From assembly GCA_008369845.1 (NCBI GenBank), contig MRSU01009401.1, positions 1 through 57,749 on the forward strand: DNA of 57,749 nucleotides. Direction: 5' to 3'. Under the pieces are notes generated by a model. It searched no databases and was not told the DNA's origin. It worked only from the letters and a program-made list of their open reading frames with translations. Positions 9,214-20,250 of this stretch are shown here, one piece after another; position 1 is the first letter of the stretch, and each line of letters opens with the position of its first letter. The position numbers were made by a program, and so were the translations under genes. Source of the stretch: Trichomonas gallinae. Its lineage: Eukaryota.

Positions 9214-12200
9214 ATGGAAAGTCTCTCTAAAAACACTATTTCTATTATTTATGACAAGAGAAACTCTCCAGAAATGAGACTTTCTGAGGCAATAAGCGCA
9301 TTGAACGAGAAAAAATTAACTCCTGACTTTGTTTTAAAGTGGATTTCAAACAATATTGCATTTGATGCTGCATTTCAAGTAAATCAAGATGCGTGGGCTT
9401 TATTTCACCAGTCCTTAGATGAAACAACAATAGAAAGCAATAAGTTTTCGTTGACAATGAAACCTTCGATTGCAATTCTTAATGCTTTTAAGTCAGAAAA
9501 ACGAGATTTGGCACTTAAACCACTCCAAGTTCTTCAATCGAAATACCCAAATTCTTGGAGACCAAAATTCGACGATTTAATTTCAACTATAGCGCAATTA
9601 CTTCAAGAAAAAGAAATTTATGAACCTCAAATCTCTTTCCTCCTTACAATCATTTCATCTCACCGTGAATTGACCATTGGTTCCGAACAAGTTTTCAAAA
9701 AAGTTGTTGAAATCTTCGATTTACTCATAGATAACATAGATAAACTCAATCAGGATCAAGTTCTTATGTTCCTTTCACGTGCACTTTGCGGTCCATTCCT
9801 CTTCCAGAAGCTTACAGGAAAAGAATTAGGTTCATCACTTGATTCTTTCCTCGAAAAGCTTAAACAGCCGGCTGAAGATGCTCCAATCAGACATGGTGTT
9901 GTTGACTTTATCCACGTTTTCATGCCAATCTACAAAGAATCAGCGACAGCTTTCAAGATTTCAAATCTTTTCTTCTTCCCGCTCAATTTATACAAGAGAA
10001 CACTATCACTAGACTTAGCTGTCCCAATTTTCGAGGAATCATGCAAGCTGCAGCTCTACACACCACAAAGCGGAACACAGCAAGATTTTGAATATCTTAA
10101 CTTTATAACAGAAGAAGCAATCAAAAACAATCATTACGCGTGCTTAGCTGCTTTGTGCAGACTCGATTTCAGACTTGTCAGACCGACCCTTTCTTTACTG
10201 CTTGAGACAGCTGACGAGCAGTTTGCTGTCGCTTGTCTTGAGATGGCTTTCAGTCTAAGAATGCCTCAAGTTTTATTCGGATATAATGATCTTCCACCTG
10301 ATCCATGGGACGGCTCTGTCAGATCAGACACTAAATTACATCCTCACATTGCCGATTTCCCTGTTTTCTGCGAGAAGTACACTGCGTTAGTCAGCCATCT
10401 CAACTCTGCCCAGACAAATGGCTTGCTTAGAATTCTGGCTGTTTCAACAAAACAGTCTGACAATGCTTTTCTCTTCTGGACAGTCAAAAACGCCAGATTC
10501 ACACACGAACACGTAGATGTTGTTGAATACATCATCAGGACAGCAGGTGATGATCCTTGGAGAGCAGCTGCAGCATCAATTGCCAGCAGATATTTAAGGT
10601 TCAAAGTTCAGCCAGTTGTTACACAACAAATGCTTGACGCGCATCCAATTTGCTTATATTGCTACATAAACAATCCAAGCGAACAAACATTGCCTATCCC
10701 ATCTGCTCTTCCAGGCAAGCATTCTCAGATTCCCGAAGAATTTAGAAACGGTTTGGTGTCGATTGTTCCAACACCATCAATGCCTGAACCAGAAATTTAC
10801 AGATTAGTCTTTACAATACAGAATTTGCCAGACTTGTGCCACTGCTTCGATGAGACTGATATGAGGTCAATCCTCAGGTTTTCACTCAAGGCAGCACTTT
10901 TGGCGACATCACTTCACGAGCCAAAAACAGTCTGCGACTTCTGCCTGAGATTATTCACTTCTTCGACATTTTACGAAAACGAAACTCTTAAGACAGCATT
11001 CCACAAAGCTGCAGGAGAACTACTCAAATCCAGCAAAGACGAAAGCAAGAAGGCATTTGTCGCTATGCTCGTTGCATCAATGCCAACAGAGTTCATTGTT
11101 TCATCGGATGAAGAAGACAGCGAGCCAATTTCTGTTCGTGCTTTTAGAAACTTATTGAATTATTTGGAGTCAGGTATCAATATTCCTGAGTTTACAACAC
11201 CAATATTCGCAGAAGCAGCTAACAGTGTTGGAAGGATGATTATCAGACTCTGCTCCTGCTTCCCGTTGAGTTATATACGGTCTAACTTCAACGAAATCAT
11301 TTCTGCAATTCCAGCATCACTTCACAAAGAAGTTTTACCACCACTTTTGTTCGTTTCTCAAGAATTCCCACCTATGGAGATTCTCGGAAAGGAAGGAATC
11401 ATTGGCGTCTGTGAATACGCTATACAGAGCGGCAAACCACTTCCTTTCACAGAAGTTGCTTTCGCAGATGATATCGAATGTGTCTGCGCGCAAACAAAGG
11501 CTCAAAGTGCTCCAGCTGCTGTTCACTTGCTTAACAAAGTCATCTTCAATCGTACAAACATCAAAGAGGTTTTGGAGGCTGTCTCATATGTAGCAAACAT
11601 CGCAGATCTCTGCAAACATCTCGACAAAAAGATCGAGAGACTTATGGAGACTACTTACAAAGATGGCAACGTTGTTCCCAACGAGTTAGTAACAAACGTA
11701 GTGAGAGTGTTGCCGAGAAAAGAAATAGAAGACTACCACGTAACAGATCCAGACCTGGTCGTCAAAATGATCCAGAAAGTTCCTGACATTGGAAAAATCG
11801 CAATTTTCGGTGGAGTCCTCACAACAAAGAACGTCTTCAAAGCATCATATAAGCCGATAATCAAACAGATAGTTTCAAATAGTCTCGACATTGAGCTCAT
11901 AAAGTCAATCTGCGAGCTCAAAGTTGCGAGATTATTTTCACCAAAAATTATCGAAAGCGTTTTTATCGAAATCATCAAACATTCTAAAGACGCTAAAAAC
12001 ATTAATGATGTCTGCACACTTCTTTCATGCGTCACAAACTTCTTGACTAACACAAGAAAAGCAGCAAGAGTTCACGTAGTTATTAATGAATGCGTCAGGA
12101 AATTGATGAGTCTTTTCTTGAAATATGCATCAAATCCATCCTTCAAGAACCTGAAAACATTCTCCAAGTTCCTTGCTTCTGCAGCAAGAATCATCAGGCC

Positions 12201-12429
12201 AGACTTCCAGCACTACTTAATTGCTTCATTTGTGTCACTTATTTCTAACATTAGCCTTGACACAACGAAACAGAAAATGCTGCAAAACTCAATTTTCCCT
12301 GTTTTCCAGAAAGTTAACAAAGACCAGCTTTCTGAAGTTTCCATCGGCCTCCATGAAACTCACAGACAGCAGTTCCAGCTTCTTTACAAGAGATGGCAAG
12401 ATGAGTCTCAATACACAGGCAAGGTTTAA
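9214..12429 (+). CDS. URB2: Urb2/Npa2-like nucleolar pre-ribosomal protein (helical repeat)
   Basis: First ATG is at 9214 (the track starts at TTG 9187). The C-terminus LHETHRQQFQLLYKRWQDESQYTGKV resembles the Urb2 C-terminal signature (R..F..LY..Y...Y.GKV). Confidence 0.65.
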   Translation: MESLSKNTISIIYDKRNSPEMRLSEAISALNEKKLTPDFVLKWISNNIAFDAAFQVNQDAWALFHQSLDETTIESNKFSLTMKPSIAILNAFKSEKRDLALKPLQVLQSKYPNSWRPKFDDLISTIAQLLQEKEIYEPQISFLLTIISSHRELTIGSEQVFKKVVEIFDLLIDNIDKLNQDQVLMFLSRALCGPFLFQKLTGKELGSSLDSFLEKLKQPAEDAPIRHGVVDFIHVFMPIYKESATAFKISNLFFFPLNLYKRTLSLDLAVPIFEESCKLQLYTPQSGTQQDFEYLNFITEEAIKNNHYACLAALCRLDFRLVRPTLSLLLETADEQFAVACLEMAFSLRMPQVLFGYNDLPPDPWDGSVRSDTKLHPHIADFPVFCEKYTALVSHLNSAQTNGLLRILAVSTKQSDNAFLFWTVKNARFTHEHVDVVEYIIRTAGDDPWRAAAASIASRYLRFKVQPVVTQQMLDAHPICLYCYINNPSEQTLPIPSALPGKHSQIPEEFRNGLVSIVPTPSMPEPEIYRLVFTIQNLPDLCHCFDETDMRSILRFSLKAALLATSLHEPKTVCDFCLRLFTSSTFYENETLKTAFHKAAGELLKSSKDESKKAFVAMLVASMPTEFIVSSDEEDSEPISVRAFRNLLNYLESGINIPEFTTPIFAEAANSVGRMIIRLCSCFPLSYIRSNFNEIISAIPASLHKEVLPPLLFVSQEFPPMEILGKEGIIGVCEYAIQSGKPLPFTEVAFADDIECVCAQTKAQSAPAAVHLLNKVIFNRTNIKEVLEAVSYVANIADLCKHLDKKIERLMETTYKDGNVVPNELVTNVVRVLPRKEIEDYHVTDPDLVVKMIQKVPDIGKIAIFGGVLTTKNVFKASYKPIIKQIVSNSLDIELIKSICELKVARLFSPKIIESVFIEIIKHSKDAKNINDVCTLLSCVTNFLTNTRKAARVHVVINECVRKLMSLFLKYASNPSFKNLKTFSKFLASAARIIRPDFQHYLIASFVSLISNISLDTTKQKMLQNSIFPVFQKVNKDQLSEVSIGLHETHRQQFQLLYKRWQDESQYTGKV

Positions 12430-12943
12430 TTTATAGAATATATAGAATTTATAAAGATATTTTTTTGTTTTTTTAACTTACAAACATAATACATTTGCTT
12501 CATAATACAAAGATTATATGAGCCACTTAAAAATTGATATAGAAAGAATCGAGTACTATATATTTAAGATCAAAAGAAGTGATTTTTTTATTGATTTTGA
12601 CATGTCAGGAAACATCGAATCAATATTCGATAATTACTAGTCGAAATACTTTGGCATGGACCGACCTAGTATGTTCCTATAGTATGCTCTAATGCTGCAA
12701 AGAAATCATCGTTCATCTATTTATATAAGCAAGTATAATAGGATAAAAAAATGATATTCCTATCATTTTTCAATTTTTATGGAAAGAGGACAATTAAAAT
12801 GAGTAACATGTAATACGAGAAGACATCCTCTATTGAAAGAAAGATGAATCGAGACATGAGCAGTTTAATGGCTAAACTAGGTTAGATAATATCAAAAGAA
12901 TGATTATAATTCATCTGACAAAAAAATTTGACGTCAAAATCTA

Positions 12944-12971
12944 AAAGTGACAATGTTATGCAAAAGTGACA
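12944..12971 (+). promoter_or_regulatory. Tandem AAAGTGAC core-promoter motifs (trichomonad motif-2-like)
   Basis: AAAAGTGACA occurs twice just upstream of ATG 12979. The same motif lies just before ATG 17936 and ATG 53438, with variants before 21932 and 26324. Confidence 0.6.
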
Positions 12972-12978
12972 AAATTAA

Positions 12979-13347
12979 ATGATTGAGGAACAGCAGAAAA
13001 AGGTTGGATCAGTTTTAACTGCACTTGCTGGCCTGTTATTTTCTATTGCAGTTATGATGAAATTCCACAGAGGCCTTTTATTGCTCTCTAATCTGTTGTT
13101 TTTCGCTGGATTAATTGTTATTTTAGGCATAGAAAAGTTCCAAAAACTATTTACACAGCAGCAGAGACTCCCTGGTACAATTTCTTTCGGTATTGGAATA
13201 TTTTGCATCGTTATTAACAAAGGATTTTTAGGATTTTTAGCAGACCTCGTTGGAATTTATATTTGCTTTGGTGGATTCGTTAGAATGATGATTACAAGAG
13301 TTAGGAAACTCATTAAGAAACACGATGAAGAAGAGCTTCCTCGTTAA
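12979..13347 (+). CDS. GOT1: Got1/Sft2-family Golgi transport membrane protein
   Basis: Four hydrophobic segments; pattern QKKVG...FHRGLLLLSNLLFFAG...F...RLPGT..F..G...FGGF matches Got1p. Confidence 0.85.
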   Translation: MIEEQQKKVGSVLTALAGLLFSIAVMMKFHRGLLLLSNLLFFAGLIVILGIEKFQKLFTQQQRLPGTISFGIGIFCIVINKGFLGFLADLVGIYICFGGFVRMMITRVRKLIKKHDEEELPR

Positions 13348-13601
13348 TTAATTTTCAAATTACACAAACTTGTTATTTTGTCTTTAAATAAATGTTTTTA
13401 TCAATTTCAGAACTAAGTACATCGAGACTTATCTTATTGCCGAGTTTTTATAATTTGATAAAAATAAATTAAGCAATTATAGCAAGATACTGCGAAATCA
13501 TATGAATATGGGGCTAATTGTGAATGTATAATGGTTTTTTCTTATATATGAACAAAAAAATGGAAAAAATTATATTTTCAATAGAAAAGAACTTAAAAAC
13601 T

Positions 13602-14855
13602 TTACTGATCTTGAGGATGAGGCTCTGTAATATTGATTGTCCAGCCATTCTTTTCGAATTCAAGTTTCACATCCTCCATCAATGCTGGATTCGGTATATC
13701 AACCGTAACACAGTATCTGATGTGGTTTGCGAGGCAGTTAGCATTTGGCAAAGCGAAAGTTCCGACAACTTCGAACTTGAATGTTTGCAAGATCTGAAGC
13801 ATTTTGATGAACTGGCCGCAGGAAACTGGCAATGAGATGTTGAAGTTGACTCTGCGCTGCTGAAGGAACAAAGCTCTGTCAATGCAGCGTGCAAGCATTG
13901 GAAGTTCGATGTTGCCGCCAGACAAGACGCAGACGATCTTCTCGTCTGGTCTGTACTCGAACTTCTTGAAGAGGACAGCGGCGAATGGAGAAGCACCAGC
14001 GCCCTCGCAGATAATCTTGGAACGTTCAGCGAGATAAGCGATAGCTGTTGAGATTTCATCTTCTGTGACGACAACGAAATCATCGACAAGCTGCTCGATG
14101 TATGGGAATGTGACCTTGCCTGGATTGATAACTGCAATACCGTCAGCAAGTGGATTTCCGATGAACTTAGTTGTTGTGTTGACGTCGATTTCCTGGCCCT
14201 TCATGCTCTTGTACTTCAAGTATGATGCTGGGCGAACAGCGGCGTTAACAGCGATAATTCTTGCCTTCGGGCAGAGAGCCTTGATAGCAACGGCTGTGCC
14301 AGCTGCAAGACCCCCACCACCGACAGCGACAACAACAGTGTCAACATCTGGAACCTGCTGAGCGATTTCGAGACCAATTGTGCCCTGGCCCGCAATGACT
14401 TCATCTGAGTCGAACGGTGGGACAAAGATCCATTCTGGGTTGGCGGCGAGGTCTTCAGCGCATTTTTTGTTGGCCTCATCGAAGGAGAATCCATATTGCC
14501 TGACTTCAGCGCCATAACCTCTTGTGGCATCGACCTTTGTGATTGGTGCTGTGATTGGCATGTAGACAATGCACTTCATACCGCAAAGCTGGGCGGAAAG
14601 AGCGCATCCCTGAGAATGGTTACCAGCGGAAGCGCAAACGATTGTTGATCCCTTTGGGAGAGTAGAGATCTTGGATAAGGCACCGCGGAACTTGAAGGCA
14701 CGGCATCTCTGGAGTGTCTCAAGCTTGAAATAAAGCTGGCAATCTGTGATCTTTGAAAGGTTGGGAACGAAATTGCATGGCGTTTCAACAGCATGCTGTT
14801 TGATACGCTCCTTGGCTTCCTTGATTTTCTCTAAGTTGACGCGCAGCTCTGTCAT
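13602..14855 (-). CDS. ilvA: Threonine dehydratase/ammonia-lyase (PLP-dependent, single C-terminal ACT-like domain)
   Basis: KLETLQRCRAFKFRGA (PLP lysine), ASAGNHSQG, IAGQGTIGLEI, VGGGGL, ADGIAV, LSGGNI, then an ~80-aa ACT-like tail. Confidence 0.95.
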   Translation of the reverse strand: MTELRVNLEKIKEAKERIKQHAVETPCNFVPNLSKITDCQLYFKLETLQRCRAFKFRGALSKISTLPKGSTIVCASAGNHSQGCALSAQLCGMKCIVYMPITAPITKVDATRGYGAEVRQYGFSFDEANKKCAEDLAANPEWIFVPPFDSDEVIAGQGTIGLEIAQQVPDVDTVVVAVGGGGLAAGTAVAIKALCPKARIIAVNAAVRPASYLKYKSMKGQEIDVNTTTKFIGNPLADGIAVINPGKVTFPYIEQLVDDFVVVTEDEISTAIAYLAERSKIICEGAGASPFAAVLFKKFEYRPDEKIVCVLSGGNIELPMLARCIDRALFLQQRRVNFNISLPVSCGQFIKMLQILQTFKFEVVGTFALPNANCLANHIRYCVTVDIPNPALMEDVKLEFEKNGWTINITEPHPQDQ

Positions 14856-14873
14856 CTAAAAGATGAATGACCA

Positions 14874-15050
14874 ATAAAAACGATGACCATATCGTTTTAT
14901 CTATCAAAATTCAGAACAAAAATAATCGTTTTAACCTCAATAGCTGATCGTTATCTCCCTCAAATTTTACAATAATCGTTTTAGCGTCAATTGTTGATCG
15001 GTGGATCTCTCAAATTTTACAATAATCGTTTTTGATTCAAAATATGATCT
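14874..15050 (-). promoter_or_regulatory. Array of Myb-recognition-like elements (AACGAT) in a 50-bp tandem repeat, upstream of an Inr
   Basis: aataatcgtttt at 14921, 14971 and 15021. tatcgtttt at 14890 reads AAAACGATA on the gene strand. Minus-strand TCATT Inr at about 14865-14869. Confidence 0.6.
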
Positions 15051-16087
15051 GTAAGTATTCAAAAACAATCTTTTGACGAAATGCGAAATTTTTGATATTG
15101 ACTGGAAATGATATTATTCTATAGAAAAATTTCTCCGCTTTCAAATATTTGTGAACTACTCAATTTTTTTCAATAGTAGTAGATTAAATATAACATAACA
15201 ATAGTAAATATTATTTTTGAAAAGAATTTTTTGAAAATTGATCTTAGACCAAAAATTATTTCAATATTAGAATATGCATACTATGATATGCATTTTACAC
15301 GCGAAATTTTCATTGTTCGGAAGATTTTTCAATTTGGAAACTTGTAATAATATTCTCTTATAGCAAGCTATGCAAATATTATTTTATTTTTATTCAGAAT
15401 TCAAAATGAACAATCATTGCCTCTAATAAAATGAGGATTACGGTCTTGGTTCTATTGCACGAAAAAGCGTATCTATTATGATGATGAATTCTTAGGTCCA
15501 AGATATTTATTGACACTGAAATATTTTTATCAAATTTGATTATTTTGGAACGTTGCTTGATTTGTGGCAGGTATTTACATATGATTGCATGTTGTCGTCG
15601 ATATTTAAATTGTTATGATAAAATGTCTTGGAAAATAAAATCAGTTTTTGTCGTTTGCCCTCATTTAGACGCCAAACTTCATCATTTGAGTTATTATGGT
15701 TTTATGTTGAACTGAATGCTATAATATGATTTTGATGAAATTTTTGAATAAAATCAAAATAACTGCACTATGATTGCTCTGTAGCCATACATTTATATCT
15801 AATGGTATCAGAGTATTTTTCAAAATGAAATATCGAAAAATAGTTAAAAATCAAAGGAAAAATGACTTTGAGTAGATGGTTTCAAAAAAATACATTTTTA
15901 TAATTGTTTTATCATGTTGAACATGACCAATGCCACTGATGAAAAAAATTTGAAAATTGTTTTCGCATTTTAATGCAAGATTTTGGTGTGATTCAATGTA
16001 AACTGAAATAATCTGGCCAAAAACAATAAAAACCATAAAAGCTAAAAAATTGGCAGTTTTTGTAAAGTATTTAAAACGTCTTAAAAA

Positions 16088-17491
16088 ATGCGACGTTCAA
16101 AATTGCCCTCTTTAAGGCCTTCGAAAACACCAGCGAAAGCCAAGAAGCAGGCAACACCAAAGGCAGAACTCGATCTTACTGTTGATAAATCAATTTCCCT
16201 CTCAACCCTCAGATCTACTGACGGAATCGAAGCAGTAATAAAACCAAGTAAACCACTTCTAGAGTGTCCGCCAAAGGACCAGCAGAAATTATTAGTTGAA
16301 AAATGCCATGAATGTTGTATTATTTGCGATTTTTCATCTGCAAATGCCGACTCTAAAGCAAAACAGACAAAAGCAACACTGCTAAAACATATAGCAGCTG
16401 CTTTTACAATTCCTCATTTAGTTAGATCAATGCAAACAGAAACAATCAACGATTTTTTGAAAATGCTTTCAATCAACTTATTTCGGCCTTTCCCGGTAAT
16501 TCCATCTCTCTCGCCAATCGATGCTCACGATTCCTTGTCCGATGCCTCATGGCCACACTTATCTTTGGTCTATGATGCTTTATTAGCTTCACTAAATTGC
16601 CCATTAGTCCAGAATTGCATTAATACGTCATTTCTTTACAAGCTGATAGGCAATTGCGTATCCCCAGATGATCGCGAAAAAGCAGTTGTAAGGGACATTC
16701 TGCATGCTATGTATACAAAATTCATTCATCTTCGCGAAGTCGTTCGTTCCAACATAGCCTTTCAATTTAGCAATAACATCTGCTCATCAGAACTCATGGA
16801 ATTTTTCTTGAGCATCGTGAGCGGTTTTAATGCGCCTCTCAAGCAAGATCATGTCGATTTCTATTATAAATATGTCCTCCCTTTGCATTGCAGTCAGAAA
16901 TATACAGTAATTCAGAGACCATTTGTTCAATGCACAATTAGATTTATACAGAAGTCCGTTTTATTATTTACGCCTACGCTTACGTATATCGCAAAGCACT
17001 GGCCATGCTCAGACAGAAGAAAGCAAATCGATTTTCTAAGCGAATTGACAACTTTATTATCTACGTTCGAACTAAATGTAACGCCTAAAGTAGCCTCTAT
17101 GATATTTAGAATCATAGGGGACTGCGTAGAGTCCGAAAATACAGATGTTTCTGAAGCATCAGTAGATTTCTTGATGAATCCAGAACTAGCTTCTGTTATT
17201 CGGACGCATTCAACTATTGTCTTCCCAATAGTCATTGAGCCAATATATAGAGCGGCAAAGCATCACTGGGATGAATGTACAAAGACGAATGCTTATGTTG
17301 TTTTGCAAGTCTTATCAGAAATAGATAACCAGACATTCAACAAGGCCAATGATGCACACAAACTGATGAAAGCTCAAAAATCCGCGTCATTTGCTGTATT
17401 CAAGAATAATTGGACTCGTATTTTTGAAAATGCCAAGTCTGCTGATAAGACACTGATGTCTGCAAACTTCGACTGTGTTCGCGACCGTTAA
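16088..17491 (+). CDS. PPP2R5: Protein phosphatase 2A regulatory subunit B' (B56 family)
   Basis: NLFRPFP, ASWPHLSLVY, SPDDREK, LHAMYTKF, SIVSGFNAPLKQDH, LPLH, KHWP, HHWD motifs. Confidence 0.92.
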   Translation: MRRSKLPSLRPSKTPAKAKKQATPKAELDLTVDKSISLSTLRSTDGIEAVIKPSKPLLECPPKDQQKLLVEKCHECCIICDFSSANADSKAKQTKATLLKHIAAAFTIPHLVRSMQTETINDFLKMLSINLFRPFPVIPSLSPIDAHDSLSDASWPHLSLVYDALLASLNCPLVQNCINTSFLYKLIGNCVSPDDREKAVVRDILHAMYTKFIHLREVVRSNIAFQFSNNICSSELMEFFLSIVSGFNAPLKQDHVDFYYKYVLPLHCSQKYTVIQRPFVQCTIRFIQKSVLLFTPTLTYIAKHWPCSDRRKQIDFLSELTTLLSTFELNVTPKVASMIFRIIGDCVESENTDVSEASVDFLMNPELASVIRTHSTIVFPIVIEPIYRAAKHHWDECTKTNAYVVLQVLSEIDNQTFNKANDAHKLMKAQKSASFAVFKNNWTRIFENAKSADKTLMSANFDCVRDR

Positions 17492-17935
17492 TTTTTTGTG
17501 TTTGTTTTTACTTTATTTGTTAAACATATGTTTAAGGAATATCCATTATAAATATTCATTCATAATTGATAGACCTCAAAGTACATTGTCTTTCCTCGAT
17601 ATGAAAATCTCAAACTCTCCAAAAATATTCACTAATGAAAAATATTTTCGTCAAACCAAATTTAACGAATATATCTGTTATCCTCTCTATATTAATTTAT
17701 TTTAAAATGAAAATGACTTCGAGATATTAGATTAAATGAAAAATGGTGAGATATTCATAATATATCATGTATATCACTGAAATAAATACATGTCAAATAG
17801 TTTAAATAAGTTGCATTGTTTAAATGATCTGATATTAATTTCTCATTCTTATATAGGAAGCAAAATGATATTTGACATTTTGACTGTAAATGATGTTTAC
17901 TTGACATTTTGGCGAATCGTTAAAAGTGACAGTAA

Positions 17936-18391
17936 ATGAGTTCTTCAGTTAAAATAGGCCTTACTCCTGATCAAATTGAAAAATGCCTTGAACTTACTCA
18001 AAAGATTTACGATTTGCCGTTCACTACAGAGTTTAGAATGCCTGTTGATAGAAATATCACTGCATACTACGAAACAATTCAGAATCCAATTTCTCTCAGC
18101 GAAATCATCGAAAATCTCAAAAATAATGAATACAAATCTATCGATCAGTGGAAAGAGGATATGAAAAGGGTCTGGACCAACGCAATGGAATTCAACAAAG
18201 ATGTTACAGTTCTTTACCAGCTTGCTAAGTACATGAAAGAGTACTACAGATCAAAGATAGACTCAATCTCTAAGAATGATTCTGATAAATGGCGTCACAC
18301 TTTGAAATACAAAATGAACAAACTTATTAAACTCCTTGATAATAGGCCAAGGACTACAGCAAAGATCATTTTGAAGAAATCGTCCCATTAA
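17936..18391 (+). CDS. Stand-alone bromodomain protein
   Basis: FRMPVD...YYETIQNPISLSEI..NL....Y......D...VWTNAMEFN with the conserved Asn. Confidence 0.9.
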   Translation: MSSSVKIGLTPDQIEKCLELTQKIYDLPFTTEFRMPVDRNITAYYETIQNPISLSEIIENLKNNEYKSIDQWKEDMKRVWTNAMEFNKDVTVLYQLAKYMKEYYRSKIDSISKNDSDKWRHTLKYKMNKLIKLLDNRPRTTAKIILKKSSH

Positions 18392-19154
18392 TTCATATAA
18401 TACTGTTATGTTGTGTGTTAACTAAAAAATAAAGTATAATTATCTGTAAGTTTTTATGTAAAGTTGAAGTATATTCATATAGTTTCACTCTTGCAAATAC
18501 CTCTTCGGTAGAATGCGAAGATTTATTCACAATGTCACAGTTATTATTTATAACTCATCAAGAACACTCATACGCATGAAAACAAATATGGACGCATCAG
18601 AAATATTCGTTTTTATCAGTTTCATATAATAATACTATCTCTAAAAGACTTGGTTAGAGACTTTACGTGTCAGTTTATTGTATTTACGTGTCAAATATAA
18701 GATCTTTATTATTTGCACACTTGTTTATTCGTATGTGTGTACCACCATAACTTTATTTTCGTGCAAAAACATAATTGTTATCGTATAAATAGCCAAAAAT
18801 GAATTGAAACTTTGAGTCGAAAACCTGAATTATCTTATAATTTTGACTGATTATGAATATATAGTCGATTGTACTAAAAATATGCGCTCAGTTTAGTTGG
18901 ATAAAGGATATAAACAAAATTGAATATTTGCCTTTTTGTGTCAGAAATTTGTGATGGAAAAAGATCAAAAAGTGATAATTGAAAATAATTTGAGTTGAAC
19001 AAAAGTGACATATGACATGTATGAAATTAATGTCAAAATATGACTATAGCTGCGTTTATTGATGTTTGTAATAAATTAAAGAAAATATTATGATTCTATG
19101 ATAAGGTTAATTTTTGATAATCGAAATTTTTTTTTTAGTTTTGAGGACTCATTG

Positions 19155-19793
19155 ATGACTACGCTAGATTTGATAGAGCGAAAAGTCATTGCTCACAGCC
19201 CGTCCGATTACGAAACAACTATTGCGACACATACTATCATTCAAACGGCTCAAATCGCAGAAAATACCAAAAAAATTACCCTCATTTTAGATCTCGACGA
19301 AACATTGGTGCATTCACGATTTCATAAGCCAGATTGGTATGACTATGAAATGGCTGTGCAATATAATGGTGAATCTTATACGATTTACGTCCAGAAACGA
19401 CCCGGATTTGATGAGTTTTTCAAAACTATCGAAAATCTCTACGATATTTATATATTTACGGCATCTATAGCCGAATATGCCGTCCCAGTTGTTAAAACTG
19501 TATTACCGGATTTCCCAACAAATAAGATACTTACGAGATACCATTGCCAACTTATAGATGGAACATTGGTCAAAGATTTGAATATCTTTGATAAAGATCT
19601 CTCTTCCGTTATAATTGTTGATAATTCACCCGCGTGTTATAAACTACAGCCAGAAAACGGAATTGAAGTTTCATCTTGGCTTGGTGATGCCACAGATAAC
19701 GAACTAATAACCTACTTATTGCCAATTTTGCAGGCCGGGGCAAATGTTGATGATGTTAGAAAATTTATCAGTAATATATTGAATATGTCATAA
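19155..19793 (+). CDS. NIF/FCP1-SCP family CTD phosphatase-like protein (HAD)
   Basis: LILDLDETLVHS, VQKRPGFDEF, FTASIAEYA, KDL, IIVDNSP, QPENGI. Start placed at ATG 19155 after a TCATT; the upstream in-frame ATG at 19098 is also possible. Confidence 0.9.
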   Translation: MTTLDLIERKVIAHSPSDYETTIATHTIIQTAQIAENTKKITLILDLDETLVHSRFHKPDWYDYEMAVQYNGESYTIYVQKRPGFDEFFKTIENLYDIYIFTASIAEYAVPVVKTVLPDFPTNKILTRYHCQLIDGTLVKDLNIFDKDLSSVIIVDNSPACYKLQPENGIEVSSWLGDATDNELITYLLPILQAGANVDDVRKFISNILNMS

Positions 19794-20250
19794 GCTGTAG
19801 AGTTGATGTGAGGAAGCTATAAAATATTTGTTTTTATTAATGTTAGAAATGAATTTTAATTATTTCTATTGTTTTCTATAGTTGAAAACGGCGTATCATC
19901 AGAATTTAATATGTTTGTATACTTATTCATAATCATTTCACCAAATAAATGGCAAAAAGCCCATCATTTCATGTGAATCAATTGTAAATCATGAAATCGA
20001 ATAGAAATGTTAAAATTAGAGAAAGCAGTAGCTAATTAGCTCTAATTTATTATCAGATTTCATTAGTTTAAACTTTAAAATTGTCTACAGATTCGAGGAA
20101 AAATAAAAAATAATGTTAAAAACCACAATTTTTATAATCATTTTTTTCTTTTTCTGAATATATTCATTTGGTAAATCAATAAATTGACGGACCAAAGGCC
20201 TCATATATCGAAATATATCAACAGGGGCTGACATATATCATTTCCTTTGA

